A DNA stretch of 64,000 bases, taken from assembly GCA_024398365.1 (NCBI GenBank), contig JAKSJG010000003.1, positions 20,960 through 84,959 on the forward strand. The letters are read 5' to 3'. How positions within the stretch are numbered: the stretch's first letter is position 1; each line of letters opens with the position of its first letter. The position numbers were made by a program, and so were the translations under genes. The notes under the pieces were generated by a model. It was not told where the DNA came from and did no database searches. It saw only the letters and a program-made list of their open reading frames with translations. Source of the DNA: Bacteroidales bacterium. Lineage in GTDB: Bacteria > Bacteroidota > Bacteroidia > Bacteroidales > UBA932. Below are positions 50,456 to 58,929 of the stretch, piece after piece.

Positions 50456-51557
50456 TGATTGCCCGGGCGAGATTGTCCCAGGTAGCGCTGCGCTTGAGGG
50501 CGGCTATGGCCTCGTTCCAGCGTTCTGCCGGCCCGGCAAAATAGTCTGAGATGCCGTCTGCAATCGCTTCAGGCGAAGAATCCCTTGTCATAAGACCTAT
50601 TCCGGCCTCGCCTATGCTCTGCGGCAGTCCGCCCACCGGGGTGGCGATCAGCGGCAGGTCGAAATGCAGCGAGATGGCTGTGATGCCGCTCTGGGTGGCG
50701 CTGCGGTATGGCAGGACGCAGACATCCGCCGCCGAGAAGAAGGCAGGCACCTCCTCGTCGCCTATGTAGCGGTTGAAGACCTTGATGCGCGCGCGCCGGC
50801 TTTCCGGCAGGGCCGCGATCTGCTGCTCATATTTGTCGAAGCTGCCGTAGCTCTCGCCTGCAATGACAAGCTGATAGTCCTCGGGCAGTCTGCCGAATGC
50901 GTCTATGAGCAGGTCCAGTCCCTTGTAGTCCCTGATAAGTCCGAAATACAGCAGAGTCTTGAGATCCGCTTCGAGCCCGAGCTGAGCCTGAGCCTGCTGG
51001 CGGTCCATCTTCTCTCCGAAATGGTCGTAGAGAGGGTGCGGCTGGCTGATGTGCGGTACCTGCGGCGCCAGCGAGAGCATGTCCGCCAGCACGGACCCGC
51101 TCATCGCCACGCAGAGGTCATTCTGCTTCAGGAACCACTTTGAGAAGGGTTTGTCGAAGAATTTGGTCTCGTGAGGGATCACATTGTCGAGTATGGTCAC
51201 GACCTTGATGCCATTGCGGCGCAGGATGCGGGCGACGGTGCCCAGCGACGGTGCGAGGTAGCTCATCCAGTATTTCATCACCACCACGTCAGGTTGCCAG
51301 GCGGCAATCTTGCGGGCTGTGCTGAAGTAGGTCAGCGGATTGGCCGTGTTGAGCACGGCGGTGCTGTCGATCACCTTGGCCTTGTCCTGCTCAGTCACGT
51401 ATTGCGTCTTGCCCGGGAACAGGAAGGACGGATACTGGCAGGTGAAGGTGAACGCCTTCACTTCGTGTTCGCGGCCCATGGCCTCGTACAGATTGGCGTT
51501 GAACTGCGCTATGCCCCCGCGGAAGGGATAGAAAGTCGATAGAAAAGCTACTCTCAT
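50442..51557 (-). CDS. Glycosyltransferase, GT4-like (GT-B fold)
   Basis: 371 aa, beginning MRVAFLSTFYPFRGGIAQF. The C-terminal half carries an E-x7-E-like region (LPYRSATQSGITAISLHFDLPLIATPVGGLPQ). Confidence 0.8.
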   Translation of the reverse strand: MRVAFLSTFYPFRGGIAQFNANLYEAMGREHEVKAFTFTCQYPSFLFPGKTQYVTEQDKAKVIDSTAVLNTANPLTYFSTARKIAAWQPDVVVMKYWMSYLAPSLGTVARILRRNGIKVVTILDNVIPHETKFFDKPFSKWFLKQNDLCVAMSGSVLADMLSLAPQVPHISQPHPLYDHFGEKMDRQQAQAQLGLEADLKTLLYFGLIRDYKGLDLLIDAFGRLPEDYQLVIAGESYGSFDKYEQQIAALPESRRARIKVFNRYIGDEEVPAFFSAADVCVLPYRSATQSGITAISLHFDLPLIATPVGGLPQSIGEAGIGLMTRDSSPEAIADGISDYFAGPAERWNEAIAALKRSATWDNLARAIISAI

Positions 51558-51633
51558 TGCATTTTAGTTATGGATGGCAATTTAGCAAAGATTTTTGGGC
51601 CAGCCAAAAATGGCTTCCTTCGAGGGCGATGTG

Positions 51634-52827
51634 TCAAATCAACTCCTTTTCCTTGACGATGCGCACCAGTTCGGCTGAGTTGGAGGCATCGAAGAGGGCA
51701 AACAGTTTTCTCTTGTACCACTTGATGGTCTCCGGGCTCAGGCACAGGGCCTCGGCTATCTGCGGATTGGTGTAGCCCTTGGCGACGAGATCCAGAATCT
51801 CCTTCTCGCGAGGTTTAAGAATAATGTCACTTGGCTTAGGAGCATTGCTTAAAGTCTCCACGGTCTCATCCATCACTTCCGTCAGTTCTGCCTTTTCCTG
51901 TTTAGTCCTGCGCAATCCCTTTATTACGAAATAAGTGCTTGCAGCCAGAAGGATAAGAGTTGTAAACAGTATGATAATCAGCGTAAGGTGCTTTTTCTGT
52001 AACGCCAGCACCTGCCCAGTGTAATCAAGACTTTCCATCCTGAACTGCAGCTCCTCATCTTCGTGCTGCGCGAAGTATATGTTGGCATCATTCAGGTACC
52101 GCATGGCCTTCGCAGTCCTGCCCATATCCAGATACAGGCTGCCCAGCCCCTTGCAGGCAGTGGCGACGGCGAGTGAATCATCAGCCAGTCTGGCATATTT
52201 CAGGCTCTCATGGTAGTACTTTTCCGCCTCTTTCAAGGCATCTTCATTGCGCATAGTCTCACCCATATTGTAGTACAATGTGGCGCTGCTGTTGTGCCAT
52301 CCTTGTGCCTTGAAGATCTCTCCTGCCTTGATGTAATAGTCCATGGCAGTGTCTATGGAGTCCATCATACTGTAGAGATTGCCCAGGGTACCGTACATCG
52401 ATGAGAGGGAATTGTCCCTTTCTGTCGGCTCGGTTGCCGGAATTCTTTCCACGGCATCCATGGCGATTCTGTAGTAGAAGGCGGCGCTGTCAAATTGCTC
52501 CTTGTACCAGAAATGCTGACCTATGGTCTTGGCCGCAGCGCATTCCCATTCGGGCCAGGCCATGCGCTTTGCTATGCCCAGCATCATGCGCGCATAGTAT
52601 TCGCTCTTCACGGAATTTGTGTTCAGGCAGCCGTACATCAGTTCATCGAGGTCCTTGACCAGGTGCTTGAGTTCTTCCTCGCCGGCTTTCTCGATGTCCA
52701 TGGCGGTCCACCCTGCCATAACAGCCTCAAGAGAGTCCACATTGTGAAAACGGTGGTCAGTATAACTTGCTTTTACAGAAATATTTAGGCAAAGGATGCC
52801 CAAGAGTGCCAGTGATATCTTTCTCAT
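51634..52827 (-). CDS. Membrane-anchored LuxR-family regulator: exported TPR-like sensor region, one TM helix and a cytoplasmic LuxR HTH
   Basis: It has a signal peptide and about 260 aa of TPR-like repeats (YYNMGETMRNEDALKEAEKYYHESLKYA...). The TM helix is LTLIIILFTTLILLAASTYFVI, and the C-terminus is REKEILDLVAKGYTNPQIAEALCLSPETIKWYKRKLF. Confidence 0.8.
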   Translation of the reverse strand: MRKISLALLGILCLNISVKASYTDHRFHNVDSLEAVMAGWTAMDIEKAGEEELKHLVKDLDELMYGCLNTNSVKSEYYARMMLGIAKRMAWPEWECAAAKTIGQHFWYKEQFDSAAFYYRIAMDAVERIPATEPTERDNSLSSMYGTLGNLYSMMDSIDTAMDYYIKAGEIFKAQGWHNSSATLYYNMGETMRNEDALKEAEKYYHESLKYARLADDSLAVATACKGLGSLYLDMGRTAKAMRYLNDANIYFAQHEDEELQFRMESLDYTGQVLALQKKHLTLIIILFTTLILLAASTYFVIKGLRRTKQEKAELTEVMDETVETLSNAPKPSDIILKPREKEILDLVAKGYTNPQIAEALCLSPETIKWYKRKLFALFDASNSAELVRIVKEKELI

Positions 52828-52888
52828 ACGGCAAATTTAAGAAAATTGCCATTTTTTCATAATCGTGCAGGCTGTTCATGACCCATTT

Positions 52889-52915
52889 CCACCCGAACGG
52901 GTGGTGTTTTTCTTT
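52889..52915 (+). terminator. Terminator-like hairpin in the divergent intergenic region, 37 nt upstream of the small LuxR gene
   Basis: ccaccc-gaac-gggtgg (52889-52904) is followed by tgtttttcttt. There is no plus-strand CDS upstream of it. Confidence 0.4.
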
Positions 52916-52951
52916 GCCAAAATAAAGACATTTGCAATCTATATCAGGTAT

Positions 52952-53146
52952 ATGGAAGTTTTTAACGATAAAGAGTTGAGCATTGCCCGTTATGCCGCTA
53001 CCGGCATGACGGCGCAGGAGATTGCCGCTGCCATGTGCCTGAGTACAGAGACGGTCAGATGGTATCGCAAGAGAATGCTGCGCAAAGCGGAGGCAAGAAA
53101 TTTCGCGGAGCTGATCGCCAGGTTGAAGGATGAAAAAATAATTTAA
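52952..53146 (+). CDS. Stand-alone LuxR-type HTH protein (64 aa)
   Basis: The start is trimmed to the ATG at 52952: MEVFNDKELSIARYAATGMTAQEIAAAMCLSTETVRWYRKRMLRKAEARNFAELIARLKDEKII. It is paralogous to the C-terminus of the divergent 397-aa regulator (shared ET(I/V)(K/R)WY(K/R)KR motif). Confidence 0.7.
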   Translation: MEVFNDKELSIARYAATGMTAQEIAAAMCLSTETVRWYRKRMLRKAEARNFAELIARLKDEKII

Positions 53147-53161
53147 CATACACTTATCGAT

Positions 53162-54553
53162 ATGAATCAGAAAAGGATTTTATCAATGGCCGTCATCGCG
53201 CTTGTCGCATGCGGCAATGCGGATGCGCAGAATGTACTCGGCCGTCTGGCCGAGCGCGCCAAGAGTGCGGCAGAGAATGCCGTCAGCAACAAGATAGAGA
53301 ATGCCATCAGCGGTGCGATTGACAATGTGGGAAAGAAGAAGGGCAAGAAAGATAAGAACAACGACAACGCTGAAACGGCAACTGACAATACTTCAGCCAA
53401 GAGTTCAACTTGGGTATGCCCTGAGTGCGGCAAGGCCGGCAATACAGGGGATTTCTGCGGTGACTGCGGCGCGAAGAGGCCTGCCGGTGCGACAGCACAG
53501 GATCCGACGATAGCTACATCAACTGACTTCAAGCGTGGAAGCGTCATCCTCTTCCTGGACGATTTCGCGTCAGAGACTGTCGGCGAATTCCCATCGAAGT
53601 GGGAACTCAACAATGGCGGCAGTGTTGAAGTGAAGACTCTAGACGGAGTGAAAGCCGTGGAGATTACTAACGGAGGATACATCACTCCTCTCATCAAGCA
53701 GGAGGGCGCATATCTTACCGAGGAATTCACGGTGGAGTTCTCCTACTATTATTGGCCAAGCCAGGAGGACGCCGGATTGGATTACGTCGGAGCGAATGAC
53801 ATCAAGTTGTACTTGAACTCAGACACTGACCGTTCAAGAAGCGAAGAGTATGTAATAGCTGATGAAAAAAGAATTGCCTTCTCAATAGGTTTCCCTGTCT
53901 GCGATTCTCCTAATGTCAGTTATGCATACTACAACGGAAAAAAGCCTATAGACGGTAGCACCAAATATAAACTTACCAAAGGCTGGCACAACGTGCAGGT
54001 TTCGTTTAACAAGCGTGCGCTGAAAGTATATATTGACGGCAACCGCATCGTCAACCTGCCTCAGGTGGCACAGGCCACATGGATGGCCTTTCAAGTTCCT
54101 TACAATTATTCGAACCTGACCTTTATCAAGGATGTTGTCATAGCACAGGGTGCTGTGGAACTCTATGACCGCAATGCCCAGGACATTACAGCAGTCGAGA
54201 AATCGATGCAGGAGACCGGCAAGTTCGTGACCAACAACATCCTCTTCGATACCGGCAAGGCCACTCTCAAGCCTGAGTCAATGACCGACATCCGGATGGT
54301 GGCTGACTATATGAAGAAGAACCCTTCAGCCCGCTTTGAGGTACAGGGTCACTGCGACAACACCGGCTCCGCTGCAACCAATGACAAGCTCAGCCAGCAG
54401 CGTGCCGAGGCCATCGTGGCCGAGCTTGTGAAACTCGGTGTTGATGAATGGAACCTCCGCGCAGTGGGCAAGGGCTCCCACGAGCCTGTGGCTGACAACA
54501 GCACGGAGGCCGGCCGCGCAAAGAACCGCAGAGTGGAATTCATCAAGAAATAA
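53162..54553 (+). CDS. Exported OmpA_C-domain protein with a zinc-ribbon-like CxxC..CxxC insert and a jelly-roll-like middle domain
   Basis: The signal peptide ends ...GNADA-Q. It continues with an amphipathic helix, a Lys-rich linker, WVCPECGKAGNTGDFCGDCGAKRP and a beta-rich domain (FLDDFASETVGEFPSKWELNNGG...). The C-terminal OmpA-like domain reads NNILFDTGKATLKPES...VQGHCDNTGSAATNDKLSQQRAEAIVAELVKLGV...GKGSHEPVADNSTEAGRAKNRRVEF. Confidence 0.85.
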   Translation: MNQKRILSMAVIALVACGNADAQNVLGRLAERAKSAAENAVSNKIENAISGAIDNVGKKKGKKDKNNDNAETATDNTSAKSSTWVCPECGKAGNTGDFCGDCGAKRPAGATAQDPTIATSTDFKRGSVILFLDDFASETVGEFPSKWELNNGGSVEVKTLDGVKAVEITNGGYITPLIKQEGAYLTEEFTVEFSYYYWPSQEDAGLDYVGANDIKLYLNSDTDRSRSEEYVIADEKRIAFSIGFPVCDSPNVSYAYYNGKKPIDGSTKYKLTKGWHNVQVSFNKRALKVYIDGNRIVNLPQVAQATWMAFQVPYNYSNLTFIKDVVIAQGAVELYDRNAQDITAVEKSMQETGKFVTNNILFDTGKATLKPESMTDIRMVADYMKKNPSARFEVQGHCDNTGSAATNDKLSQQRAEAIVAELVKLGVDEWNLRAVGKGSHEPVADNSTEAGRAKNRRVEFIKK

Positions 54554-54562
54554 TTCAGAATA

Positions 54563-56464
54563 ATGAAAAAGATATTTGCAATTCTGGCAGCTGCCATGCT
54601 GCTTGGTGCTCCTGCCGCAAATGCGCAGGCGCTCTTGAACAAGCTCAAGGAGAAAGCCGGCGAAGCCGTGGGCAACGCCATCAACAGCAAACTTTCAGAG
54701 AAGGTGCAGAACGCCGCATCCAAGGTCGGCGAGAAGATAGGCGACAAGGTCGGCGAGATAACAGGTGTGGATGTCAATTCCGCAGCCAAGACTGCAAAGG
54801 ACGGCATCACTGTCGTAAGCGGTGACGAGATGATACAGCCTCGTCACGCCAGCTCATTCTGCTGGACAGAGGCCGTGACCCCGAGCACCGCCAAATTCCC
54901 TGCTCCGCTGCTCAAGGAACTCCCTGCAGTGCCTTCCGCAAGCGAACTTGCCAATCCGACAGAGGCTGCTCAGGCCGCTTATTACCGCGCCATCAAGGCT
55001 GTCACCCTCCGCGCCGAGGAACTCAACAGCAGCACCACCTGCGAAGATGACATGACAGAGCTCTGGAGAGCGGATTACGAGAATGCCCTCACCAAGAGCT
55101 TCGGTCTCACCAAGGCTGAACTCGAGGCCCTCGAATCAGGCAAGCTTACTCCTGAAGAGGAAGAAGCTCTCCGTGCCCGCATTGCCAAGAATCTTCTCGG
55201 CGGCACTTCTGTCGCCGACCTCGAAGCTGAGGCCAAGAGAGTCGAGGCAATGGGTGATGACGGTTTGATGGAGGTCACCTACAAGGCCACCAGCGCAGTA
55301 TATGACAAGCACAATGCCGAAATCAAGAAATATATGGGCGTCACAGCCGATGAACTCAAGGCTCAGATGCGCCTCAATATGCAGGACACCAAGAACACCG
55401 GAAAGAGCGAGAAGGAATTCGAGGCCAAGGTGAAGGCTTACCAGAAGAAGCAGGCCGCCCTGGACAAGAATTTCCAGAAGGAAGCGGATGCCTTCGGCAA
55501 TGCAATGCAGAAGGAGGTTCTCGCTGCCGTAAGGGCTGCCACTCCGGGTGTGGGCACCGCACTTGACATGATGGGCAATATAGGCAAGATGAAAGATGCT
55601 CTCTCACCTCTTATGGAGCGTCAGAAGAAGCTTGAGAAATATGCAAAGGACGTAATGGCCGCATGGCCTGAAACGGCAAGCAAGGCAAAGGAAATAGGTC
55701 TTGTTGATCGCAAGAAACTTGAGGACATCAAGGCGAAGATTCTGGCATCCGATGACCCGGCAGTCTATAATCCTCTTTATGTCCAGGCCGGTGAGATCAT
55801 TAAGAACCACCGTATGAAGACCGCCCAGGCGTGGGCCGCAGACGTGCAGAAGCGTTTCAACAAGATACAGGAAGCCATGCCGAACCTCGTCCAGATCCAG
55901 CGTCAGGCAGTTGAGGACAAGCTCATCCCTGAATGCGCCCTCTGGCGTACACCTCTCAATCTCGTGATCGAGGCTGGTGATATCCTTCAGGACGCATACG
56001 CAGACTTCCCTATCAGCTATCCTAAGATGTACGGCGAGGAAGTGGTACGCAAGGTGAAGCTCGCAGCGGGTGAAGAGCCTTGGTGGCCTGAATTCTACAT
56101 CGCATCCGACAATCTAGGTGAGGTCCTTGCCGGCAAGCTTATCTTCAAGGCTGACGACAAGTGCAATTACTATCAGTTCAACGCTGGCAAGTGGATACCT
56201 GTATCCAAGGATTTCGGTCTGACCAAGAAGGCCGGCAAGTCTGACGTGAAGAGTCAGAGCTGGACTTCCACCGACGGCAAGCGTACAGTGAAGCTTGACG
56301 CGCAGTACGGTCAGCAGATATTCCTTCCTGAAGGCGACATCATCACCGATTTCGCCGCTGTTGAGAAGCAGGGCAACAATATCGTATGGGCCCGCATCGA
56401 TACAGAGGAGGAGTCTGACGGTACTTTATACTATGTCATCACAAAGTGTACTTACAAGCTCTAA
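54563..56464 (+). CDS. Exported hypothetical protein (633 aa): long helical Lys/Glu/Ala-rich region plus a beta-rich C-terminal domain
   Basis: The signal peptide ends ...PAANA-Q. The N-terminal helix is similar to that of the preceding protein. No family is recognised. Confidence 0.7.
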   Translation: MKKIFAILAAAMLLGAPAANAQALLNKLKEKAGEAVGNAINSKLSEKVQNAASKVGEKIGDKVGEITGVDVNSAAKTAKDGITVVSGDEMIQPRHASSFCWTEAVTPSTAKFPAPLLKELPAVPSASELANPTEAAQAAYYRAIKAVTLRAEELNSSTTCEDDMTELWRADYENALTKSFGLTKAELEALESGKLTPEEEEALRARIAKNLLGGTSVADLEAEAKRVEAMGDDGLMEVTYKATSAVYDKHNAEIKKYMGVTADELKAQMRLNMQDTKNTGKSEKEFEAKVKAYQKKQAALDKNFQKEADAFGNAMQKEVLAAVRAATPGVGTALDMMGNIGKMKDALSPLMERQKKLEKYAKDVMAAWPETASKAKEIGLVDRKKLEDIKAKILASDDPAVYNPLYVQAGEIIKNHRMKTAQAWAADVQKRFNKIQEAMPNLVQIQRQAVEDKLIPECALWRTPLNLVIEAGDILQDAYADFPISYPKMYGEEVVRKVKLAAGEEPWWPEFYIASDNLGEVLAGKLIFKADDKCNYYQFNAGKWIPVSKDFGLTKKAGKSDVKSQSWTSTDGKRTVKLDAQYGQQIFLPEGDIITDFAAVEKQGNNIVWARIDTEEESDGTLYYVITKCTYKL

Positions 56465-57165
56465 TATCACTTGTAGCATTGCTATTTGCAGCACCCTCGC
56501 CTGACGGGAGTGCTGCAAATGCTTATTGTGACGCCCACCGCGCTCAGTGGCAGGAGGTCTGGCAGCAGTTCGACGTGCCCTGCGACATCGCCGAGGCTGT
56601 CGTGTTCCCGGAGCTGATACGCTATTCCACCCTGAAGGATGCTGTGGAGACAGCCTCCGTCAGCACTCTGTATCTCAACAAGGGTGCGGAGGCCTGCGAC
56701 TTCTCGATAGGCGTATTCCAGATGAAGCCCTCCTTCGTCGAGGAGCTGGAGAAACGCTGGATGCGAAGCGGCATGGCGCGTCAGTACAATCTATTCTTTG
56801 ACACGAAGGACAGCCGCATGGCCCGCAAGGTGCGCATCAACCGTATGGGTGAGGAACAGTGGCAGTGCGTGTATCTTGCCATTTTCCTGAAGATGCTCTA
56901 TCTGGACTACGGTTCCGTGAACAAGGACGGCGTGCATACTCAGGACGGGCTGGACAGACTTCCGCGCAAGGAGCAGGTACGGCTCGCCGCCACTGCCTAC
57001 AACCGCGGCTGCCGCTGGGTCAATCCCGGCTACGGACCGCTGGAAGAGCTCCGCGACAAATCCCGCGAGAAGCATTTTCACACTGCATTCGTGCCTGTGC
57101 GCGGCACACGCCGCTACGTCTATGCGGACATTGCTTTGAAACATTTCAAGGAAATAAACAGATAA
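56446..57165 (+). CDS. Exported hypothetical protein with SLT (lytic transglycosylase)-like motif spacing
   Basis: It has a GTG start overlapping the previous gene by 19 nt and an N-terminal hydrophobic segment. The motifs VVFPELIRYS, FSIGVFQMKPSF and TAYNRGC recall the E-S / GLMQ / AYNxG motifs of SLT domains. The assignment is tentative. Confidence 0.5.
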   Translation: MYLQALISLVALLFAAPSPDGSAANAYCDAHRAQWQEVWQQFDVPCDIAEAVVFPELIRYSTLKDAVETASVSTLYLNKGAEACDFSIGVFQMKPSFVEELEKRWMRSGMARQYNLFFDTKDSRMARKVRINRMGEEQWQCVYLAIFLKMLYLDYGSVNKDGVHTQDGLDRLPRKEQVRLAATAYNRGCRWVNPGYGPLEELRDKSREKHFHTAFVPVRGTRRYVYADIALKHFKEINR

Positions 57166-57196
57166 TCATAATCTTAACCCACAATCTTTACACACT

Positions 57197-57898
57197 ATGA
57201 AAAGACATCTTTTAATCCTCGCGGGCATTGCAACCGCACTCATGATGGTATCCTGCAAGGGAGGTAACAAGTCTGCTGCTGAAGGTGCAGAGGAAGCTGT
57301 TGAAGAAGCAACTGAATTCAATGGCGAAATGTTCTCCAAAGAGGCAGTGCAGTTCTATGTAAAGAACTTCAAGCTGAAATTCAAGGACATCGAGGCGGAT
57401 TACGCCTATGATGACTCCAACAAGTACAATTTTGCAGGCGAAGCCCGTCAGATAGCAGCCGGTTTCCCTGTAAAGGAAGGAGAAAGCTTCACTGACGAGC
57501 AGTACAACGCATTCGTCACCAAGATATATAACGCAACCAAGGCTGTTGCTGACAACGGTATCTGTGTCAATGGTTTCGAAAAGAAGGACAACAAGGATGA
57601 AGCTATGGCGGAATACACACTCGAAGAGGCTCTTGCCGGCACTACAGTCTTTGGTATCCGTATTGACGACGCAAGCTGGGCTTTCCTGCTTGACGGCAAG
57701 TTCAATGTCGCTTCAGTCAGCAAACTCTCAGCAGGCAACGGCTGTATGGTGAAGATCTACGAAGGCCTGCAGAAGAGCTTCAATGAGACTATGGAGGACG
57801 CAGAAAAGGTTCTCGAAGAGATTGACAAAGACCCGGCCAAGAAGGCTGCTGTCGAGAAGGAAGTCGACAAGGCCCTGAAGGAAGCAGGTCTCAAATAA
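57197..57898 (+). CDS. Lipoprotein, unknown function
   Basis: The start is MKRHLLILAGIATALMMVSCKGG (lipobox). 233 aa. No family is recognised. Confidence 0.7.
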   Translation: MKRHLLILAGIATALMMVSCKGGNKSAAEGAEEAVEEATEFNGEMFSKEAVQFYVKNFKLKFKDIEADYAYDDSNKYNFAGEARQIAAGFPVKEGESFTDEQYNAFVTKIYNATKAVADNGICVNGFEKKDNKDEAMAEYTLEEALAGTTVFGIRIDDASWAFLLDGKFNVASVSKLSAGNGCMVKIYEGLQKSFNETMEDAEKVLEEIDKDPAKKAAVEKEVDKALKEAGLK

Positions 57899-58929
57899 TG
57901 AAAAAACGTTTCCTATTATTGGCGGCAGCCCTGCTGGCGGTATGCTCTCCTGCGGCGAGAGCCCAGTACCCTATCGAGAAGGAGCTGCTCGCAGAGACCG
58001 ACAGGCTGTACGCCGAAGGCAATGCATGGTATGAGGCCGGCTACAAGCTGCAGGCCGACTGGTATTATGCCCAGGCCGTGGTGGCGGTGCAGTCATTCAA
58101 GTTCGCGGTGTCCAACATAGCGATCAAGGTCGTCCGGGCGCAGGAGGATTCGGTGGAGGCTGCCAACAGGGCGGCCCTCAAGGCGGAGATTGCCAAGGCT
58201 CCCGACACGGTGGATGACAGCATGAACGACATATTCGGATTCAATATCAACAGTGTCCTTTCCACTCTCAATTCCATTGCAAAGGCGGCGGACAAGATGG
58301 CCGACGACATCGACAAGGCCGCCGATGCGATTACGGCAAAGGGGGAGAAGCTGGGCATATCGATGGACGATGACAAGGAATCCCGCGCAGAGATGTGGAA
58401 TATTCTCGCTAACCAGAGCATAGTGTCACCATATCCGTATTTCTTCGAAGGACTGGTGGAGAATGCCTATGGATACAGGGATGATGCGGTCAAGGCATTG
58501 AGCTGCGCTTTCTCCAATCCATATCTGCTGCATACGGACCTCGATTTCAGATTCCTCAACGGCATCTCACTTGAGGATCTGCGAGCCCTCTATGCGCGTC
58601 TGGATGCCAGATACAGCGAGTATATGCAGGGCCTTTCGCTCAGCACAAGCACCTGTATCAGGGACTGGCGCAACTTCAACGACGACTGGCTGATATACGC
58701 CGGCACGAAGCTGCTCACTGAAAGCAAGAACGGCATAGTGGAAGCGGTGCCTTATTTTGACGCCGCAGTCAGCGCCAACCCGTTCAATGTCGAGAATTTC
58801 GTTGTGGCGGCAGCGGCACACATCGCCTCCGGCGACTATTCACGCGCCGCTGAAATGGTCAATGAAGGTCTGCTGCTCGATCCGTCCAACAGCGACCTCA
58901 AACAAATGGTATCCGATCTGAAGAAATGA
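57898..58929 (+). CDS. Exported helical/TPR-like protein, unknown function
   Basis: It has a signal peptide (LLAVCSPAARAQ) and helical repeats. The C-terminus is TPR-like (AVPYFDAAVSANPFNVENFVVAAAAHIASGDYSRAAEMVNEGLLLDPSN). It makes a TAATG overlap with the previous gene. Confidence 0.7.
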   Translation: MKKRFLLLAAALLAVCSPAARAQYPIEKELLAETDRLYAEGNAWYEAGYKLQADWYYAQAVVAVQSFKFAVSNIAIKVVRAQEDSVEAANRAALKAEIAKAPDTVDDSMNDIFGFNINSVLSTLNSIAKAADKMADDIDKAADAITAKGEKLGISMDDDKESRAEMWNILANQSIVSPYPYFFEGLVENAYGYRDDAVKALSCAFSNPYLLHTDLDFRFLNGISLEDLRALYARLDARYSEYMQGLSLSTSTCIRDWRNFNDDWLIYAGTKLLTESKNGIVEAVPYFDAAVSANPFNVENFVVAAAAHIASGDYSRAAEMVNEGLLLDPSNSDLKQMVSDLKK

